Virus record (IMG/VR): IMGVR_UViG_3300013117_000343
Span: 1 to 50,508 of that record
DNA length: 50,508 bases
Strand: one strand, 5' to 3'
DNA from: a virus
Taxonomy: Duplodnaviria > Caudoviricetes
Program-made: the position numbers and the translations under genes
In this document: one piece after another, positions 44,674-50,508 of the stretch
Numbering within the stretch: position 1 is the stretch's first letter
Layout of the letters: every line of letters starts with the position of its first letter
Notes under the pieces: model-generated
The model's database searches: none
What the model was told of the DNA's origin: nothing
What the model saw: only the letters and a program-made list of their open reading frames with translations

Positions 44674-47600
44674 TGGCAATAGCTGAAATGCAAAAACTGA
44701 AGGAGAAGTATCCTCAGTACAAAGATATACCTGATGAGAGGCTACTTCAACATGTGGTTAAGAGATACCCAGTTTATGCTCCAATTGCTGAGAGGGAGTT
44801 CGGTGCAATTAAGGAGAGGAAAGAGACTCTTCTTGAGAGGCATAAGAGGGGGAGAAGGATTATAGGGGAGAGGGCAAAGAAGTTTGGAGAGTTCATGGGT
44901 GAGAGAATAGAACCTCAGATTGAGGGTCAATTTGAAGCGGGGTATAAACCTCAGAGATGGGAGTATTGGGTTAAGAATGCCGCAACAGCGGCGGTGTTGA
45001 CTCATATGGGTATTGAGGCTGGGAAAATAATTCTCTCAGCTCCACAGACTCAGTTAGCTCTCTCAAGGTTAGCCTCTAAACCTGAATTGCAAAAAATTCC
45101 CAAAGATAAGATGTTTAGTGCTATGCAGAAGATTACCTCTGGGGTTGGGAAATTGACAGCGGAGGAGAGTGCTATTTGGGGTAGAGTTGAGAAGAGTATG
45201 GAGAGGTTGGCAGGGGCTTATAAGGTTGGGGGAATTAAGACAGCCACTCCCAGGTTTGGGTTTGGTTGGTTGGCTAAGGCTCTTAAAATGACAGCTACTA
45301 AGCCATTTACCTTACCTAGGGCTAGGATACCTAAGGAAGTGGGGAAGCCTATTGAGCCTGAGAGGATGCCTAAGACTGAGATTGGGAAGGCTTTGAGGAC
45401 TCAATTTTTAGCTAAGGAGAAAGTTCCCCTACATCCAGCGGCTGAGGGGAGGGCGGCTCTTGCTAAGATTAAAGCTATGGTTGAACCCCCAATTAAGGAT
45501 GTAAAAGCGTTGAAGGCAGTAAGAACACAGGAAATAGCTAAACTTAAAAAGACCAAGTTCCCTATCAAAGCTACCTTCATGGATGAGGAAGTTAAGGTAA
45601 TGGGAGCCGCTGATGACTTTGAGCCATACAAAACTGCGGCTAAGGGTAGGAGGGATGTAACTCAACTCATGGTTCAAAGACCTGATGGGACTAAATCTAT
45701 TATGATGGCATCCCATCTTAAAGTAAAGGGTAAACCCCTTATTACACCCACTCCCAAAGCTATATTGAAAAAGTTGCCTACTTTCAAGGATATGATAACT
45801 AAGAAGCCTCCCGTAATTTCAAAAGTTGAAGTTACAAAGCCTCCCAAGAAGGTATCTGATTATGTAAACATGTATTTGCAAAAACAAGGTGTCCCTAGTG
45901 TTTCTGATGTTAAGGATATGTCTTTGGAGCAACTAAGGTCAGAGAAGAAGCGATTGATGAAACTATCTTTTATGCCCCTTAGAGATGTAGGGGCAACTTG
46001 GTTGGCTAAAGCAATGGGTGGAGATATAGATAAAGCAGGTCAAGTAGATTTAGGGATAAGCAAAACTCTCAATAACATTACGAATTATATAGAAGCTAGG
46101 ATTGAGAAGCCCAAGCCGCCAGCTGAAATTAAGGTTAAGTTTAAACCAGGCACCCATAGCGTGGAATATCAGACACCAGCTGGTGCTCGTTCAACCCTTA
46201 TGTCAGCTGATGAGTTAGAGATTATTAAAACTCAATTAGCCGCTGGACAAGTTCCTAAAGACTTCTCAGGAATTCCCATAGTAAGAATACTAGATACCTT
46301 TGGGGTCAAAGGTGAAGCAGGTTTTGCTAGCGTGGAAGCCTTAGGAGAATTCGAAGACCTAATGACTAATATCACAGGTAAAGGTGAAGAAGTCTCCAGT
46401 AAATTTAAAAGCTTTGCTAAGAAGATAGGCACCCCTTTCTTTATAGGTCAAAAATACCCAGCATTCAAACCCGTATACTCCGCTGTCCAAAATGGTATAG
46501 ATTATAAGCATGAACTCTTCTACGGAGGCCAAGCTATAATTCAACTTAAGAAGTTGGCTAAACTCCCAGTAGAGTCTCAAGAGAAGGTAGTAAATATAAT
46601 CAAACTTGGTAATAGTGTGGCAGTTCGAAGATGGTATAATAAGGGTGAGTTAAAGGTTAAGTTTGGTTTTAATGATGCCGAGATAGATGCTTATGAAAGA
46701 GTTAGAAGACTTTACAAATACTCTACCAATATGGAAATTAAGACTCGTAAGATGTTTATGGAGTATGATAAGATGACTCCAGATAAACAAAGAATAGCAG
46801 ATGAGGCCTTAGCACTAGCAGTGAATAAGTTGGGAGGCTATGTTTCTCAAACTCGAGCAGGTGGGAATTGGGCTGTATTTGCTCCTCCATCTGAAGGGGA
46901 GAGTATAGCATCATTTTTCAACCTCTACAAGAATAAATCTGACGCTGTTAATGCGGCTAAGTTAATCCCAAACTCCAAGGTCTACCTAAGAGATGAGGCA
47001 GTTAAGAGAGGTATTTACAGGCATCTTACTCTTGCTGATTTAGAGAACTTAGTTGAGGCCTCTGACGTAGATGTCAGGTCCTCAGACATAGAAGCTCTCC
47101 GAAATGAACTTAGAAAGAGAACTTTCAGTGCTCACTGGATTAAAAGAAAGGATGTCCCAGGTTACGATTGGACTTGGGAGAATGTCCTCGAAAGCTCAGT
47201 TGACTACCTCGAAGGAGCCGCCAATAAGTTATCTAAAATAACTGGTCGTCAAGGAGCTGAAGCCGCATTTAGGGAGAACGTTGAGGGTATGAGCCCAGAA
47301 CTTAGAGCCTACGCCCGTGACTTTATAGACCTAGCCCACGACACGGGTCAGATAGGTTGGAAGTGGATAGCGAGGATGGCCTACACTTGGAGGTTAGCAT
47401 TTGATATGTCCTTCTTATCTCAAAACCTAACCCAACCAATCCCAACCACCCTACCTCTACTTGGTAAATACTTTCCAAAAGCTCAACCAGAGAAGGTTCT
47501 CACTGACTCTTACAAACAAGCTCAACGATACTTTTTCCACTTATGGAAGGGAGAGTCCCACGGTCTCTCTTCTGAACTCTTAGGTTACCTAAACAAACTC

Positions 47601-48782
47601 CACCGTCAAGGAGTTCTTGGTGACCAGATGACACGCTTCCAACTTGCAGTTAGAGGTTTAACTAAAGCTGAATGGGAGAAGTGGGTAGGCTCCTTTGGTA
47701 GAGCATCCGAGTTTGTGAACCGAACCACCACTGCCATAGCAGCTTATAGAGCTGGGACTGAGACCCAAGGTTTAAAGGGAAGGGAAGCTTTGGTAGAATT
47801 TGGTAAGAACTTTGTGGGACAAACTCAATTCTTTTATGGTAAGCATAACCTTCCTCAATTGGTTAGTGGGGCAGGCGGCTGGAGGCCTCTCGCTAAAACA
47901 ATGTATATATTTATGCATTATGGAACGAGTTTCCTTCAGAGACTCAACGCTTCTATGCCTTGGAGAGGAGCCCCAGCTAGAGAGAGTGTAAGGGGTTTGG
48001 GATACCTATTATCCCTCGCTGGGGTTAAGGGTCTCCCATTTGCAGCTCTCCTTATGTTAGGTTATAGAATGCTTAAGGGTAGAACAGCTGAGAGTGATGC
48101 CCGTGATATGATGGATAAAGCTAATGTTCCAAAGAAAGTGCAGAGGATGATATTGGGTGGAGCCCCTAGTCTAATGGGAATAGATAGTAGTATGCTCTTA
48201 GGCGTGGGAGACATAGTTAGGGAAGACCTCTTCCGAGACCCCACTGCTATACTTGGCGCAACCTCCAGTTTTTTTAAGCAGGGGAAGAGGGCAGTTCAGA
48301 GAGCTAAAGATGGTGATGTTAAGGGAGCCCTTGCAGAGGCTAGCCCAGACGTTATTAGGAATATGTATAAGGCGGCTAGACAAGCTAGAGAGGGTATTAG
48401 GAATATTAAGAATGTCCTAATAGCAACCCCTTCTAAACTGGATAATGTTCTTAAATCTATGGGTTTTACAACCATTACTGAGAGTGAGGCCTACGCAGCT
48501 AAGAGAGCTAAAACAACTATTAGAGCTAGAGGAGCAACTGTTAGTTCAGATTGGCACAGACGCTATGCCTGGGCAGTATATAAGAAAGATGGACTTAAGA
48601 TGCAAAGGTTAAGACAAGAAAGGATTGAGCATAATAGGGAGGCCTCCAGAGAGGATAAGATAGTATTTAGTAGGCAATCAATAAGAAGTTGGATGCAAAA
48701 GTTTAAGGGGAGAGATGTATCAGTCCCTCGTAAGCTTAGAAAGAAGTATAAGCGAATAGAGGAATTATACGAAAGAGAGTAG
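44673..48782 (+). CDS. Large ejection / internal virion protein
   Basis: 1369 aa, helical; LKEKYPQYKDIPD N-terminus; QNLTQP, SEFVNR, TQFFYG, AGVKGLPF in the C-terminal half. Confidence 0.75.
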   Translation: MAIAEMQKLKEKYPQYKDIPDERLLQHVVKRYPVYAPIAEREFGAIKERKETLLERHKRGRRIIGERAKKFGEFMGERIEPQIEGQFEAGYKPQRWEYWVKNAATAAVLTHMGIEAGKIILSAPQTQLALSRLASKPELQKIPKDKMFSAMQKITSGVGKLTAEESAIWGRVEKSMERLAGAYKVGGIKTATPRFGFGWLAKALKMTATKPFTLPRARIPKEVGKPIEPERMPKTEIGKALRTQFLAKEKVPLHPAAEGRAALAKIKAMVEPPIKDVKALKAVRTQEIAKLKKTKFPIKATFMDEEVKVMGAADDFEPYKTAAKGRRDVTQLMVQRPDGTKSIMMASHLKVKGKPLITPTPKAILKKLPTFKDMITKKPPVISKVEVTKPPKKVSDYVNMYLQKQGVPSVSDVKDMSLEQLRSEKKRLMKLSFMPLRDVGATWLAKAMGGDIDKAGQVDLGISKTLNNITNYIEARIEKPKPPAEIKVKFKPGTHSVEYQTPAGARSTLMSADELEIIKTQLAAGQVPKDFSGIPIVRILDTFGVKGEAGFASVEALGEFEDLMTNITGKGEEVSSKFKSFAKKIGTPFFIGQKYPAFKPVYSAVQNGIDYKHELFYGGQAIIQLKKLAKLPVESQEKVVNIIKLGNSVAVRRWYNKGELKVKFGFNDAEIDAYERVRRLYKYSTNMEIKTRKMFMEYDKMTPDKQRIADEALALAVNKLGGYVSQTRAGGNWAVFAPPSEGESIASFFNLYKNKSDAVNAAKLIPNSKVYLRDEAVKRGIYRHLTLADLENLVEASDVDVRSSDIEALRNELRKRTFSAHWIKRKDVPGYDWTWENVLESSVDYLEGAANKLSKITGRQGAEAAFRENVEGMSPELRAYARDFIDLAHDTGQIGWKWIARMAYTWRLAFDMSFLSQNLTQPIPTTLPLLGKYFPKAQPEKVLTDSYKQAQRYFFHLWKGESHGLSSELLGYLNKLHRQGVLGDQMTRFQLAVRGLTKAEWEKWVGSFGRASEFVNRTTTAIAAYRAGTETQGLKGREALVEFGKNFVGQTQFFYGKHNLPQLVSGAGGWRPLAKTMYIFMHYGTSFLQRLNASMPWRGAPARESVRGLGYLLSLAGVKGLPFAALLMLGYRMLKGRTAESDARDMMDKANVPKKVQRMILGGAPSLMGIDSSMLLGVGDIVREDLFRDPTAILGATSSFFKQGKRAVQRAKDGDVKGALAEASPDVIRNMYKAARQAREGIRNIKNVLIATPSKLDNVLKSMGFTTITESEAYAAKRAKTTIRARGATVSSDWHRRYAWAVYKKDGLKMQRLRQERIEHNREASREDKIVFSRQSIRSWMQKFKGRDVSVPRKLRKKYKRIEELYERE

Positions 48783-48785
48783 GCG

Positions 48786-48866
48786 ATGGATGTTGAGAGG
48801 ATAGTATTAGGTTTAATAGTAATAGCATGGATATGCTTGGCAATTAAAGCTTGGAGAAACTTATGA
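48786..48866 (+). CDS. 26-aa single-TM peptide (not in ORF track)
   Basis: MDVERIVLGLIVIAWICLAIKAWRNL; ATGA overlap with the next gene. Confidence 0.45.
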   Translation: MDVERIVLGLIVIAWICLAIKAWRNL

Positions 48867-50185
48867 GAGTCTTCTTATTTATAAGTAAAGCTGGAGACTC
48901 TCTTCCTATTGCCCAAAGGGTAATGGAAGAGGGACATAGGGTCATCTTCCACATAAATGAAAAGGATAAGAGGAGAGTAGGAGAGGGTCTCATTGAGAAG
49001 TCCCCAGTTAAGGAAGTTTTAATCTCTAAAGAGGGAGAACTTAATAAAGGTATACTTAAGTATATCTTATACCCTAAACCCGGCTGCATAGTCTTCGACA
49101 TGGTAGGTAAAGGGTATGGTAAGGCGGCTGACCTTCTTAGAAAGAAAGGCTTCCCAGTAATTGGTGGAAGTTATTGGGGAGACCAGGTAGAGCTTGATAG
49201 GCCTTATGGAAACAAAATTATGAAAATGGCTGGCATAAACACTCCCAAAACCTACACTTTTAATGATTATCCAACTGCTATTAAGTTTGTGGAGAGCACC
49301 AACTTACCCTACGTTTACAAACCTTCTGGTAATCAGCCCACTACCACAACCTATATAGCTCAAAAAGCTGACGACTTAGTTGGTATTCTTGAGTATTACT
49401 CTGATATAAAAGAGGAATTTGAACTCCAAGAGAAAGTGGAAGGTATAGAGATAAGCACCGAACTCTGGTTTAACGGAAGTTCTGTCCTGAGTGTTAATCA
49501 CACCATGGAAGAAAAAACGTTAATGGAAGGGGGGATAGGTCCTAAGACTGGTTGCATGGGGGATGTAGTATGGATTGGCACTCAGGATTCTAAACTTTAC
49601 AGGGAGGGTATTGGTAAGATGGTCTCTATTCTAAATAAGGTTAAGTATAGGGGCCCTATAGATTTAAACACAATAGTAACTAAAAGTAAACTCTATGGGT
49701 TGGAGTTTACTGCACGCTTTGGGTATAATGCACTCTTTAGTCTACTGGAGCTTTACTCTGGTAGGTTGGGAGACCTTTTGTATGGTGTGGCTTCAGGTTC
49801 CACTAAGAGTTTAAACTTTAAAAAGGGTTGGTCAATTAGTGTGACCTTCAACTTGGAACCATACCCAATGGATGTAGAACCCGATTATTCTAAAGATATA
49901 CTTGTGCAGGGGATTAGTAGACAGAATTTAAAGCACATTTGGTTTTATGATGTTTATAAAAAGGGAGATAGTTTTGCTTGCTCAGGTAATGGAGGGAATT
50001 TAGGTTGTGTAACAGCGAGAAGTCTCTCAGGTTCTACTGGAGATGAGAATACAGTTAGGGAGGCTAAGAGGAGGGCTTATAGAACCCTCTCTAATTTAAT
50101 TATCCCTGATGTGATGTATAGGAGAGATATAGGGCTTAGAGTTCCCTCTGAGTATGGGCAGTTAAAGGAGTGGGGTTGGCTATGA
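48863..50185 (+). CDS. PurD/GARS-like ATP-grasp ligase (divergent)
   Basis: VELDRPYG, GINTP, YVYKPSG, LQEKVEGIEIS, GPKTGCMG, YRGPIDLN, LEFTARFG, MYRRDIG. Confidence 0.88.
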   Translation: MRVFLFISKAGDSLPIAQRVMEEGHRVIFHINEKDKRRVGEGLIEKSPVKEVLISKEGELNKGILKYILYPKPGCIVFDMVGKGYGKAADLLRKKGFPVIGGSYWGDQVELDRPYGNKIMKMAGINTPKTYTFNDYPTAIKFVESTNLPYVYKPSGNQPTTTTYIAQKADDLVGILEYYSDIKEEFELQEKVEGIEISTELWFNGSSVLSVNHTMEEKTLMEGGIGPKTGCMGDVVWIGTQDSKLYREGIGKMVSILNKVKYRGPIDLNTIVTKSKLYGLEFTARFGYNALFSLLELYSGRLGDLLYGVASGSTKSLNFKKGWSISVTFNLEPYPMDVEPDYSKDILVQGISRQNLKHIWFYDVYKKGDSFACSGNGGNLGCVTARSLSGSTGDENTVREAKRRAYRTLSNLIIPDVMYRRDIGLRVPSEYGQLKEWGWL

Positions 50186-50340
50186 GTATAAGAGAGCATA
50201 ATGAGAAGATATTACATATTGTAAAGGAAATAACGGCAATTGAGAAGGAGCTTAACGAGGCAATAGACAGGTTGCTGGAAGCACTCGACCTAACAAGGAG
50301 GGGGGTATGTGGTGAGAAAGATAGTAGGGTTGATAACTAG
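50182..50340 (+). CDS. 52-aa coiled-coil hypothetical protein (not in ORF track)
   Basis: MSIREHNEKILHIVKEITAIEKELNEAIDRLLEALDLTRRGVCGEKDSRVDN; ATGA overlap. Confidence 0.55.
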   Translation: MSIREHNEKILHIVKEITAIEKELNEAIDRLLEALDLTRRGVCGEKDSRVDN

Positions 50341-50508
50341 CATCATAGCATGGTTTTTGAAGAATGTGAACATGCTAGTTGGTGTAGTGGGAGCAATTGG
50401 TAAAGTTCTTGTAAGTGTTATTCACGTCTGGAAGCCTAGTCAGGATAACTGGGTGGATAAGGTTGAAGAGTGGACTGAGAAGATACAGAAGGGGCTCTTC
50501 AAGGCAAG
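50312..50508 (+). CDS. Holin-like membrane protein crossing the circular junction (continues 120-150)
   Basis: MRKIVGLITSIIAWFLKNVNMLVGVVGAIGKVLVSVIHVWKPSQDNWVDKVEEW...KFSGA, stop at 148-150; GGAGG RBS. Confidence 0.55.
   Translation, partial: MRKIVGLITSIIAWFLKNVNMLVGVVGAIGKVLVSVIHVWKPSQDNWVDKVEEWTEKIQKGLFKA
50390..50508. repeat. Exact terminal direct repeat, right copy
   Basis: Identical to 1-119. Confidence 0.97.

Noticed and set aside
24274-49101. Minus-strand ORFs in the right arm (e.g. 25204-25605, 29533-29934, 31542-32120)
   Set aside because: Antisense shadows of the structural genes.
48863-50185. Genuine purD
   Set aside because: The GSGGREH substrate motif is missing and no other purine genes are present, so no gene symbol was assigned.
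50390-50508. 119-bp repeat as a biological terminal repeat
   Set aside because: It falls inside an ORF that reads through the junction and its length matches a common assembler k-mer (119), so it most likely indicates circular assembly only.
1-50508. tRNA/rRNA genes, integrase, reverse transcriptase or DGR
   Set aside because: No cloverleaf, recombinase or RT motifs, or template/variable repeat pair noticed by eye; tRNAscan-SE and HMM searches would be needed to exclude them.

Overview
The window is an apparently complete, circularly assembled dsDNA tailed-phage genome. Bases 1-119 are repeated exactly at 50390-50508, giving about 50,389 unique bp, and one ORF reads across the junction. Gene content is podovirus-like, with two divergent arms. 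The minus-strand arm (247-22.5 kb) carries a DUF3987-like helicase candidate, a uracil-DNA-glycosylase/family-A polymerase fusion with His at the '762' position, HNH, a ParB-methyltransferase fusion, an SSB/Sak4-like/Cas4-like recombination trio, an AAA+ ATPase and many micro-ORFs. It also carries an enzyme cassette of three radical-SAM proteins (one B12-dependent, one interrupted by a LAGLIDADG intein inside its CxxxCxxC motif), a minimal split TPP-dependent E1 alpha/beta pair and a DUF6165-like protein. The plus-strand arm (24.5-50.5 kb) carries terminase, portal, scaffold, capsid, a glycosyltransferase inside the head operon, a lysozyme-like protein, adaptor, nozzle, fibres, ejection proteins, a PurD-like ATP-grasp ligase and a holin-like gene. 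Between the arms lie near-consensus sigma70 promoters and a 341-bp in-register nested palindrome centred on an AT-rich core at 23150 (probable origin). A 21-bp palindromic operator occurs at six gene junctions in both arms, and GATC looks almost absent. The best candidate for a novel system is a phage-encoded pathway (radical SAM + TPP + B12 methylase + glycosyltransferase, possibly + ATP-grasp) that makes and attaches an unusual branched sugar to the virion or DNA. All family calls come from motif recognition by eye; no database search was run.
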